From the NCBI RefSeq assembly GCF_001896205.1, contig NZ_MPNU01000001.1, forward strand, positions 1,945,503 to 1,969,502: a DNA stretch of 24,000 nucleotides, read 5' to 3'. Source of the DNA: Edwardsiella piscicida. GTDB lineage: Bacteria > Pseudomonadota > Gammaproteobacteria > Enterobacterales > Enterobacteriaceae. The translations under genes were made by a program, and so were the position numbers. The notes below the pieces were generated by a model. It ran no database searches. It saw nothing but the letters and a program-made list of their open reading frames with translations, and had not been told where the DNA came from. Within the stretch, counting starts at the first letter, position 1; each line of letters begins with the position of its first letter. Of the stretch, positions 7,726-20,415 are shown in pieces.

Positions 7726-7920
7726 TGACTGCGGTCGTACTCAGGCTTTGCCGAGAATAACGCGCCCGCGGCGATCGTCTCTGCAGCGCCGCGCCGTCAA
7801 TGGGCCTGCGTGTTTATCCGGCGCACGCTGTGCGTATGGGGTCCGATAAATAAATCCACCAGCGAGGGGCTGCTTTTTTTACGCATTATTATAGCGCGGG
7901 GCAGAGAAAACGGTTCGTGA
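7726..7920 (+). pseudogene. Decayed PRD2 tail of the antiterminator gene, in frame after the TAA-TGA
   Basis: The 63 sense codons at 7729-7917 are open in the same frame as 7201-7725. They end ...STSEGLLFLRIIIARGRENGS*, which resembles the BglG C-terminus ...[20 protein letters not shown]. QWAC also resembles AWQC. The stop at 7918-7920 sits 2 nt before RAT2, where bglG ends in E. coli. The tail contains no His residue. Confidence 0.6.
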
Positions 7921-7922
7921 CT

Positions 7923-7946
7923 GGATTGCGACTGCATAAGGCAGGC

Positions 7947-7952
<6 letters not shown>
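7923..7952 (+). promoter_or_regulatory. RAT element 2
   Basis: GGATTGCGACTGCATAAGGCAGGCAAAACC is a second copy of the RAT motif. It overlaps the 5' arm of terminator 2. Confidence 0.88.
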
Positions 7953-10974
<3,022 letters not shown>

Positions 10975-11102
10975 TGGCATTGAGGGGGGCCATTTTATTA
11001 TTTTCCATGCGCAACTACGCGTTGCTATTTAACTTTTATTCGCGGAATGACGTTTTGCGGTATTGAACGATCCTGCAGTGGAGGTGGTTGCTATATCCGT
11101 AA

Positions 11103-12569
<1,467 letters not shown>

Positions 12570-12663
12570 GGGCTGCGGAAAGGCGCAGGCCAGGAAAGTA
12601 AGTGGGAATCGTCTTATCTCTCCGTGCTAGTATAGTCGCAGGATTTTCGACGACATAGGCCCT

Positions 12664-14145
12664 ATGAGTACGGATACGACATCGATAAGCCCGAAGCGGG
12701 TACTGGTCTTGGCAGCCTGTATGCTTGCCACCTTTATGGCGGCGATTGAGGTAACGATTGTCTCTACCGCCATGCCAACCATCATTGCCGATTTGGGCGG
12801 CTTTTCCCTGCTGGGATGGGTATTTGCCGCCTATTTGCTGACACAGGCGATCTCTATCCCTATCTATGGGCGGTTAGCGGATCTGCATGGGCGCAAACGG
12901 ATGTTTTATATCGGCGCCACGCTGTTTCTGCTGGGCTCGGTGCTCTGCGGCTTTGCCCACAGCATGCTGTGGCTGATCGCGTTCCGCGCGCTGCAGGGGG
13001 CCGGCGCCGGCGCGATTACGCCGATCGCCGTCACCATTATCGCCGACGTTTATGGCCCCCTTGAGCGTCCCCGAATTCAGGGATATATCTCCAGCGTCTG
13101 GGGCGTATCGGCGATCGTTGGGCCATTGATGGGGGCATTTATCGTCCAGCATTTCCACTGGTCTCTGGTCTTTTGGATCAATTTGCCCATTGGCTGTTGC
13201 GCGATGTATTTGCTATGGCGCTATTTTCCCGAACAGCGGCATCCGCGGCGCCATGCGCTGGATCTGGCCGGGACCGCCTGGCTCGCCATCGGCATTACCG
13301 CGCTGCTGCTGTCACTGCTGCAGGCCGAGTGGCTGGGGCGGTGGGTGCTGCTGCTGCTGGCCATCGCCGTGCTGAGCGGTTTTTTACTGTGGCGTCAGGA
13401 GCTGCGCGCGGCAGAGCCGCTGTTCCCGGCCGTACTCTGGCGGCAGCGCATTATGGTGGCCGGCAACATCGGCGGGCTGGTCGTTGGGGCCGCCATGATG
13501 GGTGTCGCCGCGTTTTTGCCCACCTATGTGCAGGGCGTTATGGGGTATTCGGCCCTGGAGGCCGGTACGACGCTGGCCCTGATGTCGATAGGTTGGCCTA
13601 TCGCGAGCACGCTCAGCGGTCGGCTGATGGCCCATACCTCCTATCGCACCACGGCGCTGCTGGGCGCCCTGTTGCTGATTGCGGGAAGCCTATGTCTGCT
13701 GTGGCAGACCCCGCAGGGGAGCCTGTGGTGGGGGCGGATTTCGGCCTTTATCATTGGCGCGGCGATGGGAATGACCAATACCACCTTCCTGGTCTCGGTC
13801 CAAAACAGCGCGCCGCACGCCATGCGCGGTATCGCGACGGCCTGTACGGTGTTTACCCGTATGCTTGGCTCTGCGCTGGGCACCGCAATTCTTGGCGCGA
13901 CGCTCAACCTGAATCTGGCCTGGCGTCTACCGCAGGTGAGCGATCCGGTACAGCGGCTGATGACCCTGCGGGCTCAGCCGGCGACGGAGGAGGTCGGCGC
14001 GCTACTGGCGCCGGTCGCGGCGTCGCTGCACGCGGTGTTTATTGCAGCGGCGCTATTGGCGTGGCTTGCCCTGTTGGCGGCATGGCTGATCCCGGCGGGG
14101 GCGGGGCTGCGCGAACGGATTGAAGAGATCGGGGATCATAAATAG
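12664..14145 (+). CDS. MFS efflux transporter, DHA2 (14-TMS) family
   Basis: 493 aa. Motif A GRLADLHGRKRMF, FRALQGAGAG and about 14 hydrophobic segments are present, giving an EmrB/SmvA-like layout. The substrate is unknown. Confidence 0.85.
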   Translation: MSTDTTSISPKRVLVLAACMLATFMAAIEVTIVSTAMPTIIADLGGFSLLGWVFAAYLLTQAISIPIYGRLADLHGRKRMFYIGATLFLLGSVLCGFAHSMLWLIAFRALQGAGAGAITPIAVTIIADVYGPLERPRIQGYISSVWGVSAIVGPLMGAFIVQHFHWSLVFWINLPIGCCAMYLLWRYFPEQRHPRRHALDLAGTAWLAIGITALLLSLLQAEWLGRWVLLLLAIAVLSGFLLWRQELRAAEPLFPAVLWRQRIMVAGNIGGLVVGAAMMGVAAFLPTYVQGVMGYSALEAGTTLALMSIGWPIASTLSGRLMAHTSYRTTALLGALLLIAGSLCLLWQTPQGSLWWGRISAFIIGAAMGMTNTTFLVSVQNSAPHAMRGIATACTVFTRMLGSALGTAILGATLNLNLAWRLPQVSDPVQRLMTLRAQPATEEVGALLAPVAASLHAVFIAAALLAWLALLAAWLIPAGAGLRERIEEIGDHK

Positions 14146-14170
14146 CCTAGGCCGCCGTCGGCGGCCTAGG
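14146..14170. terminator. Perfect GC hairpin between convergent MFS and DUF1161 genes
   Basis: cctaggccgcc-gtc-ggcggcctagg is an 11-bp perfect stem with a 3-nt loop. It starts 1 nt after the MFS stop and ends 3 nt before the opposing stop. The flanking U-tracts are poor. Confidence 0.55.
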
Positions 14171-14173
14171 CGT

Positions 14174-14446
14174 TTAGCGTGGCGTCGCGTGGGCGCCAGG
14201 TTCGGCGCCGTCGGTACGGATATAGATAATTTTCTGTGTGTCGTTACCGCAGTGACCCACGACCTGACCGTTCGCCTGCTGTACCTGATCGTTGGGGACG
14301 ATCTCCAGCGTAAAGGCGTCCTGCGGGACGCCGTTGGCTACGATCTTCTGGCTAATCTCATCCCGGATGGTTTCGCAGGAGGAGACGGCGGCATAAGAGA
14401 ACAACGGTGCCAGGAGCAGGGCGGAGAATAAGATAGGTTTATGCAT
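14174..14446 (-). CDS. Small secreted protein, DUF1161-like (possibly YnfD-like)
   Basis: 90 aa with a signal peptide (MHKPILFSALLLAPLFSYA). The pattern CE.I..EI..KI.ANGV....L.IV...........VVG.C...T.KI.Y.R matches my memory of DUF1161 proteins. It lies 14 nt downstream of ynfB on the same strand. Confidence 0.6.
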   Translation of the reverse strand: MHKPILFSALLLAPLFSYAAVSSCETIRDEISQKIVANGVPQDAFTLEIVPNDQVQQANGQVVGHCGNDTQKIIYIRTDGAEPGAHATPR

Positions 14447-14460
14447 ATGATACCTGTCAG

Positions 14461-14829
14461 TTAGGGAGTTAACGGACGCCCGCTCTGACGATCCAGGCAG
14501 CGGCGCGTCCCTGGTTCCCAGTAGGCGTTGACGTTCAAACTGCGCTCACAGCGCTCTCGCTGTTCGATGGCCCGATCGGCCTTATCAAACTCTTTCTCAA
14601 CGTGCGTGTTGACCTTACTACGCAAAGGGCGGGTTTGGTCCCATTGCTCCCGCTGTTCACGCGCCTGCTCTTTGGTCAGCGAGTTGTCTTGTCCACCGCT
14701 GGAGCCAAAGACGCAGGTGCTGCCAGCCTCGCAGCTGGCGGCCTGCGCGGCACTTTGCCAACCGACGCCGCCGAGCAGTAGCAGCAGGGGAATCAAACGG
14801 ACGAGTTGATGTCGTTTATCTATCTTCAC
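14461..14829 (-). CDS. ynfB: UPF0482/DUF1283 periplasmic protein YnfB
   Basis: [30 protein letters not shown]...[30 protein letters not shown] matches remembered E. coli YnfB ([27 protein letters not shown]...[24 protein letters not shown]). The preferred start is GTG 14829, with GAGGA 7 nt upstream. The track start is GTG 14853. Confidence 0.85.
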   Translation of the reverse strand: MKIDKRHQLVRLIPLLLLLGGVGWQSAAQAASCEAGSTCVFGSSGGQDNSLTKEQAREQREQWDQTRPLRSKVNTHVEKEFDKADRAIEQRERCERSLNVNAYWEPGTRRCLDRQSGRPLTP

Positions 14830-14930
14830 AGTGTTGTCCTCAGCGAAATGCACTTTTCAGACCGCGCAGAGCGTCATTGATTCAATCTGCCATGATTTTC
14901 TCTATGACGCTATAGCCATTCGGCGAATGC

Positions 14931-15680
14931 CTATTCGCCGCGATAGACCGCCAGGGGTGAGAACGACTGGGAGACCGGCATCATCTCCATCGTATTGATA
15001 TTGACGTGAGGGGGTAGCGTTGCCACCCAGAACACCGCCTCGGCGATATCGTCGGCGGTCAGGGCATGCGCATCTTGATAGGTACGGGTGACGCGCTGCT
15101 CGTCGCCTTTAAAGCGGACGCTGGAGAATTCGGTACCGCCGACCAGGCCGGGCTCAATGTCGCTTACCCGGATTCGGGTTCCGTGCAGATCGGCCCGCAG
15201 GCCAAGGCTGAACTGGCGGACAAAGGCCTTGGTCGCGCCATAGACATTGCCGCCGGCGTAGGGCCAGCTGCCCGCCGTTGAGCCGATATTGATAATATGA
15301 CCCGCGTTGCGGGCGACCATTTCCGGCAGCAGGGCGCGAGTCATGTTCACGACGCCTTTGACGTTGGTGTCGATCATGGTTTCCCAGTCATCGATATCCG
15401 CCTGATGGGCGGGCTCCAGCCCCAGAGCCAATCCGGCGTTATTGACCAGCAGATCGATCGTGCGCTGCGCCGGCGTCAGGTGCGCGATCGCATCCTGGAT
15501 AGCGGCCCGGTTGCGGACATCCAGCTGAACGACCGTCAGCGTATCGCCCAGTTCATCGCGTAGCGCCTCCAACCGCTCGAGGCGCCGTCCGGCGGCGATA
15601 ACGTGGTGGCCATGGCGAATAAACTTACGGGCGATCGCCGCACCAAACCCGGCGGTAGCCCCGGTAATGAAAACGTTCAT
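14931..15680 (-). CDS. ydfG: NADP-dependent 3-hydroxy acid dehydrogenase / malonic semialdehyde reductase YdfG (SDR)
   Basis: TGATAGFG, LDVRNRAAI, LVNNAGLALG.EPAH, HIINIGSTAGSWPYAGGNVYGATKAFVRQFSL.LR.DLHGT and EPGLVGGTEFS.VRFKGD are near-identical to remembered E. coli YdfG. The start ATG 15680 has GGGAG upstream. Confidence 0.93.
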   Translation of the reverse strand: MNVFITGATAGFGAAIARKFIRHGHHVIAAGRRLERLEALRDELGDTLTVVQLDVRNRAAIQDAIAHLTPAQRTIDLLVNNAGLALGLEPAHQADIDDWETMIDTNVKGVVNMTRALLPEMVARNAGHIINIGSTAGSWPYAGGNVYGATKAFVRQFSLGLRADLHGTRIRVSDIEPGLVGGTEFSSVRFKGDEQRVTRTYQDAHALTADDIAEAVFWVATLPPHVNINTMEMMPVSQSFSPLAVYRGE

Positions 15681-15946
15681 ACTCACTCCCTCGCGTGTGG
15701 ATAAATTTGATGCGCCTTTGCAACGTTTCACAACCGCCGACGTTACGCACCGTAATGGAACACTGTCTATCAGAATGCCAGAATTATCCTAATATGTAAT
15801 CATGATAATAATTCGATACATATCATATTTTAAAATTCTATGTTTTTTATTCGTAATATACTACCTGTCTTATTAAAATCGAGATATTCTTAACAGGGAT
15901 TTACGTTACTACGTATAAACATGCGACATATTAAGGACTATGCAAG

Positions 15947-16900
15947 ATGCATGAAAAACCAGTAAACCATGTCAATGATGAGATCGATCTGCTTGATATC
16001 ATTAGGCAGCTATGGCAAGGGAAAGTGATTGTTTTTTGTGTTTCAATCATGTTTCTCGCTATCGCTGGCCTTTATATCATGTTGACTACGCCAAAATGGA
16101 CGGCGGAGTCAACGCTTTCGAAGCCTTATCTTAACCAATTGGCAAATTATCCCGCAGGGGTCATGCTGAGCCAGGTCTGGCCGATGAATGACGGGGATAA
16201 CGCCCCCGTTATCGATGATGCTAAAATAACCGGCAATGTATTTAATACGTTTATCGCTATGGCTAATGCTCAAATTCTCTCCGGGATGGATATCAGTATT
16301 CGTCCCGGCACCACCGCCGAGACGTTTATTGTTTCCTCAACGGCAAACGATCCGGCATTGGCGAAGAAAAACTTGCAATCAGCCTTAATGTCGCTGAGTG
16401 ATGATGCGCGTAAGCAGCTGGATGCGTTGATGTACAGTTCGCTACGTGAACGCGCTAATAGCTTGAAAATACAGATGCAGGCTCAGGAAAATAGCGCCAG
16501 GGCGCAGCGAGACTATCGCATTAGCGTGTTGAAAAATGCGCTACAGCTGGCGAACCAGATGAACATCCAACAGACCAAGCTTAACCCGGTATCCGGAGAA
16601 ATATCTGATGATATGCTGTTTATGCTTGGCGTTCCAATCTTAAACACAATGATTGAGCATGAAAAAAACTTACCGCTGAAGTTTAACGCCAGCTATTTTG
16701 ACATGCAGGAAATGTTTGATTCGATTAATGGATTCAAGCTCACTGAAGATAATTTATCCATATTCAATGCGACTAATATATCGGTGGATAAAGTAGGGCA
16801 AAAGCGTGCTTTAATTTTGGTCTTGTCCTTACTGCTGGGTGTGATTTTAAGCTGCGGGTATATCTTGTTGAGAAACGCACTGCGTAGCGCTAACAAATAA
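15947..16900 (+). CDS. wzz: Polysaccharide co-polymerase PCP-1 / O-antigen chain-length determinant (Wzz family)
   Basis: 317 aa. EIDLLDIIRQLWQGK plus TM1 plus KWT, then a long coiled region, then DDMLFMLG...MIEHE...PL.F and a C-terminal TM LLLGVILSCGYILLRNALR. The protein is collinear with remembered WzzB. The gene and its flanks are visibly AT-rich. Confidence 0.85.
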   Translation: MHEKPVNHVNDEIDLLDIIRQLWQGKVIVFCVSIMFLAIAGLYIMLTTPKWTAESTLSKPYLNQLANYPAGVMLSQVWPMNDGDNAPVIDDAKITGNVFNTFIAMANAQILSGMDISIRPGTTAETFIVSSTANDPALAKKNLQSALMSLSDDARKQLDALMYSSLRERANSLKIQMQAQENSARAQRDYRISVLKNALQLANQMNIQQTKLNPVSGEISDDMLFMLGVPILNTMIEHEKNLPLKFNASYFDMQEMFDSINGFKLTEDNLSIFNATNISVDKVGQKRALILVLSLLLGVILSCGYILLRNALRSANK

Positions 16901-16909
16901 TACCTATTT

Positions 16910-16945
16910 AAAAGGGCATGCCCATCGCGAGGGCATGCCCTTTTT
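16910..16945. terminator. Bidirectional rho-independent terminator between wzz and the HD-GYP gene
   Basis: aaaa-gggcatgccc-atcgcga-gggcatgccc-ttttt. Two copies of a self-complementary 10-mer pair with each other and are flanked by an A-run and a T-run. The element lies between convergent stops at 16900 and 16948. Confidence 0.85.
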
Positions 16946-16947
16946 CT

Positions 16948-19902
16948 TTATACCGATGAGGCCTCTGCGCCCCGATCCGATTTCCCCCGGCAATTATTTA
17001 TCAGCATAGCAATATCGACCCGATCCATTTGCTCTGGGCGTAGGTAGCGCTTAGCGTAGTCCAGGTAGACGCCGCTTTGTAGAAACAGACAAAATACATC
17101 GGCATCGATATGCTCTCGACGGCACATCTCACTCATGATCGTGAGCGTCTGCGATAGCGTCTTCGCCGGTTTATAGGGACGATCGCTGGCGGTAAGCGCC
17201 TCAAAAATATCGACAACGGCCATGATACAGGCCTGTATCGACATCTGACTGCGGATCAGCCCCCGTGGGTAGCCGGAGCCGTCGATATGTTCATGATGAC
17301 TGCCGGCAATATTGGGCACCTGCTGCAGATGACGGGGAAAGGTCAGCTGATTCAGCATTAGAATCGTCTGAATAATGTGTTCATTGATCTTAAAGCGCTC
17401 CTCGTCGGTTAAGGTTCCGTGCACGATGGTCAGATTATGCAGCTCGCCGTGATGATACTGATACTGCGGTATATCCATGGTAAATCCCTGCTGACGATAG
17501 GCCTCCAGCAGTTCGTTACCGTGGCGCGGCAGAAGATGCTCCGCTCTGTCGGCCAGCAGCGGTTCATTCACCGGCAGGGGCGATTCCGGCGTTGCTTGCT
17601 TGCGCTGCGTCTCATCGGCGGAGAGCCCGATTCTATCGGAAAGGGTGCGGGTCCAGGTTCGTAGGGCGATGGCACGCAGACGCTCAATCGCCTCCGGCGA
17701 CAGGGATTCACTGCCGCGGTTACAGGCGGCGACAAAGGCAAACTCCTCATCCAGCTGTAATTTTAGCGTATCGCGCACCCGCGCCAGCGTCGTCGGATCG
17801 CCGCCTTCCGCCATGCCTTGCCAGTAGGCGACGTCAGCATCCCGTTTTAGCAGCTCAAAGCGCATACGGATCTCATGAATCCGGTCATACAGGGTCTCCA
17901 GCTTGGTGGCCTTTTCCATCACGGAGTCCGGCGTCGTCACCTTGCCGCAGTCGTGTAGCCAAGCGGCGATGCGCAGCGCCTCCCACTCATCGTCAGAGAG
18001 AGAGAAGTCAGCAAAGGGGCCCTGTTTTTGGTCGCAGGCCGCCTGTGCCAGCAGCTTGGCCAGCACGGGAACCCGCTGGCAATGCTCTCCGGTATGCGGA
18101 CTCTTCGCATCGATGGCGCCGGCGATGATACGAATAAAATCCTCCAGCAGGCGCTTTTGCTCATCCAGCAGGCGCTGGGTATTCAGCGCGACGGCGGCCG
18201 TTCCGGCCAGCGCCTGGGCGAAGGCCAGCATACGCGATGAGACGGGAAAGTGCTGATGATCGATGAACAGGATCAGCAGCCCCAGGGACTCTTGCGCGGC
18301 GTTTCTCAAGGGGAGCAGTAGCAGAGTCAGCGGCCGGATCGTCGGGGGAAACGCCGGAAAGGCCGCCGCTAGCGTAGGCGGATCGATAGTGCGCCGGATG
18401 AGCTGCTGCTGCTGCATTCGCTGGAGCAGGCCCATCCCGGCAGCAGAGACCCAGGTATGACGTTCATCGATTGTCGTGGTTGTTTCCTGCCAGCGCGACT
18501 GAACCGGGTGCAGCACCCCCTGTTGAGATAGCAGGATTAATCCCCCCATCGCATGGGTCTGGCTGGTCATTTCGGCCAGGATCCGCGCCAATAGTACGGG
18601 CTGGTGACGTTCGCCGACCAGCGCCTGAGAGATCGCCATAAAGTGGTCGATGCTCTCTTTCATTTTCCCGAACGCTTTGGCCAGACGATAAATTTCAACG
18701 ATGTTACTCTGCACATTGACCGGCTCATCAAAGCGGAACTCTTCGATCTTCTTGACTTCATTAACCAGCTGATTCAACGGCTTGGATGCGCGGTGCGCCA
18801 GCCATATCGCGCCGATCAGCCCCAACCCAAGGATCAGCAGCGAGATCCGCAGCATTTGGCCGACGTCCTGTCGGGCGCTGGCCATCAGCTCCGCCGTAGG
18901 CGAGGCCATCAGCAGGCGCAGCGTTTCTCCCCCTAATACCTTAAAGGTAAAGGGCATACCTTCCCAGCGTTCGCCGTTGGCAAGATCCAGCGAGACGGGC
19001 TGTAAGGGCGGCATGCGGCTAAGCTGGGCCAGCGGGAGCAGCTGCGGGTTGTCGGTATCGGCCAACGTAGGAAGGTGGACAATACCCAGGCTGTTGGTCA
19101 GTAGTCCAGGCAGTCCCAGATCGCTGGCGAGGATTTGCCCCTGGGCGTTGAGGAGGACCAGATGGCTGTTGGGCGTAATGCGCGCCGCCTGCAGCATCGC
19201 ATCTAATCCATTAAGCTGAATATCGCTGCCTGCAACGCCGGGGGCGTTGACCATGCGTGCCGCGAGCGTGATCCCCAGCAGGCCGCCGCTGGCAAAGCGG
19301 TATGGCGAGGTGCTGTGCAGCATGCCCGGATCGCTGGCCATCTGATACCAGTTACGCATGCGCGGATCAAAACGATAGGCGGCGACGCCGCGCTGTTCCA
19401 GGAGGGTTAATTTATCATTATAAAACAGGTAGCTTCCCGTTATTTTGCCATCGCCGTTCAGCGTTTGGCTCTGTACCATCCAGGCGGTTCCCGCCGGCGG
19501 ATCGAACTGGCGGATCATTTCAGCCGACGGAATATAGCGACGGACCAGAAAAAACGTGCCGTTATCATAGCCGGTATAGAGCGCGGCTAGTTTAGGACTA
19601 TTGCGTAATGCGGTGACATAGAACGGCAGATGCTGCAGGCGATCTGCCAATGGCTGCGTCGCCATATCGTTGCGCTGGTTAGCCAGCAGCTCGACCAGCA
19701 GCGAGCCGCTGTGGTAGGCCTGCTCCATTTCATTCGCGGTTTCACTGACGACGCTGCGATAATGATTGTACGTCGTCCCCAAGAGCAGGCGGGTGCTGGC
19801 GTGATATTGATACCATAGGATCAGGCAAGAGAAGACCAGCAGCAGTCCGATAAACAGATAGGCAATATGCAAATAAAAGGGAATCGCGCGCGGAGGCTTC
19901 AT
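16948..19902 (-). CDS. Membrane sensor with dCache-like periplasmic domain, HAMP, GAF and HD-GYP phosphodiesterase domain (predicted c-di-GMP PDE)
   Basis: 984 aa. TM1 is IAYLFIGLLLVFSCLILWY. Cache-type motifs are present (YTGYDNGTFF, DPRMRNWYQ, SPYRFASGGLLGITLA). TM2 is followed by a HAMP-like segment and then a GAF-like region. The HD-GYP motifs are intact: WLHDCGK (H650 D651) and GSHHEHIDGSGYPRGL (GYP 877-879). Confidence 0.85.
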   Translation of the reverse strand: MKPPRAIPFYLHIAYLFIGLLLVFSCLILWYQYHASTRLLLGTTYNHYRSVVSETANEMEQAYHSGSLLVELLANQRNDMATQPLADRLQHLPFYVTALRNSPKLAALYTGYDNGTFFLVRRYIPSAEMIRQFDPPAGTAWMVQSQTLNGDGKITGSYLFYNDKLTLLEQRGVAAYRFDPRMRNWYQMASDPGMLHSTSPYRFASGGLLGITLAARMVNAPGVAGSDIQLNGLDAMLQAARITPNSHLVLLNAQGQILASDLGLPGLLTNSLGIVHLPTLADTDNPQLLPLAQLSRMPPLQPVSLDLANGERWEGMPFTFKVLGGETLRLLMASPTAELMASARQDVGQMLRISLLILGLGLIGAIWLAHRASKPLNQLVNEVKKIEEFRFDEPVNVQSNIVEIYRLAKAFGKMKESIDHFMAISQALVGERHQPVLLARILAEMTSQTHAMGGLILLSQQGVLHPVQSRWQETTTTIDERHTWVSAAGMGLLQRMQQQQLIRRTIDPPTLAAAFPAFPPTIRPLTLLLLPLRNAAQESLGLLILFIDHQHFPVSSRMLAFAQALAGTAAVALNTQRLLDEQKRLLEDFIRIIAGAIDAKSPHTGEHCQRVPVLAKLLAQAACDQKQGPFADFSLSDDEWEALRIAAWLHDCGKVTTPDSVMEKATKLETLYDRIHEIRMRFELLKRDADVAYWQGMAEGGDPTTLARVRDTLKLQLDEEFAFVAACNRGSESLSPEAIERLRAIALRTWTRTLSDRIGLSADETQRKQATPESPLPVNEPLLADRAEHLLPRHGNELLEAYRQQGFTMDIPQYQYHHGELHNLTIVHGTLTDEERFKINEHIIQTILMLNQLTFPRHLQQVPNIAGSHHEHIDGSGYPRGLIRSQMSIQACIMAVVDIFEALTASDRPYKPAKTLSQTLTIMSEMCRREHIDADVFCLFLQSGVYLDYAKRYLRPEQMDRVDIAMLINNCRGKSDRGAEASSV

Positions 19903-19941
19903 GGTGATCCAGGCAACGGGTCAAGATGTCAGTTAACTTAA

Positions 19942-19976
19942 GGATAGCACCCGGCGATAAAGATGCCGGGTCTATC
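19942..19976 (-). terminator. Long hairpin between usp and the HD-GYP gene (attenuator or weak terminator)
   Basis: ggatag-c-acccggc / gccgggt-ctatc form a stem of about 12 bp with one bulge and a 9-nt loop. The hairpin sits in the 87-nt gap between two same-strand genes. No U-tract follows on the minus strand. Confidence 0.3.
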
Positions 19977-19989
19977 TGGATTCGCTAAC

Positions 19990-20415
19990 TCAGTTACCTT
20001 TTAACGGGACGATCAGCGTATCAATGTTTATGGCGTCAATGGTGTTCTTCGCCACGGAAAGAAAGGAGACAAATTTCTGTGCAAACGCGCTGTTGTGGTG
20101 CCCCAAAATCACCAAGTCGATTTGCTGCTGCTGAATAAAGTCCTCCAGGGATGCAGAAAAATCATTGCTGATCATAATAGTAATTTCTGGGCATGCGGCG
20201 CCAATGGTGTGCTTCAGCGTTTCGGCCTGATCCTCTAGCTGAGAAAAGTAGGGTGAGTTTCCGCCGTCATCGCCCGGATCAATATCGAGCACGACATGTA
20301 CCGGATGCAGGGTTGCCTGCAGACGCTCACCCAGCTGAACGCCCTTGCTCAATAGCTGAATGTCCTCTTGGGATCCGGTTTTAAGGTCAAGTAGTACTAA
20401 AATATTTCTGTACAT
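19990..20415 (-). CDS. Universal stress protein family (UspA/UspC-like, 141 aa)
   Basis: MYRNILVLLD... and the C-terminus DLVILGHHNSAF....AKNTI....IDTLIVPLKGN resemble remembered UspC (DLVICGNHNHSF...AKRVI...VDVLLVPLTGD). The start ATG 20415 has AGGAGA upstream. The G-x2-G-x9-G(S/T) ATP motif is not evident. The 244-aa track ORF extension is rejected. Confidence 0.8.
   Translation of the reverse strand: MYRNILVLLDLKTGSQEDIQLLSKGVQLGERLQATLHPVHVVLDIDPGDDGGNSPYFSQLEDQAETLKHTIGAACPEITIMISNDFSASLEDFIQQQQIDLVILGHHNSAFAQKFVSFLSVAKNTIDAINIDTLIVPLKGN

Noticed and set aside
13173-14123. A 316-aa plus-strand ORF in an alternative frame inside the DHA2 MFS gene. Similar long shadow ORFs occur at 262-585, 330-599, 413-736, 1140-1715, 17592-18128, 17903-18256 and 18782-19219.
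   Set aside because: The translations are Arg/Ala/Gly/Pro-rich and low in complexity, which is typical of off-frame ORFs in GC-rich coding DNA. Each is fully nested in a gene with strong family-level similarity, and none has an RBS.
14120-14431. A 103-aa plus-strand ORF antisense to the DUF1161 gene.
   Set aside because: It overlaps the MFS 3' end and the terminator hairpin and has no RBS. The opposite strand encodes a protein with a clear signal peptide and family pattern.
15732-16947. The AT-rich wzz islet interpreted as a mobile element.
   Set aside because: I found no transposase, integrase, terminal inverted repeats, flanking direct repeats or tRNA. Only the composition suggests foreign origin, so I report it as an islet, not a mobile element.
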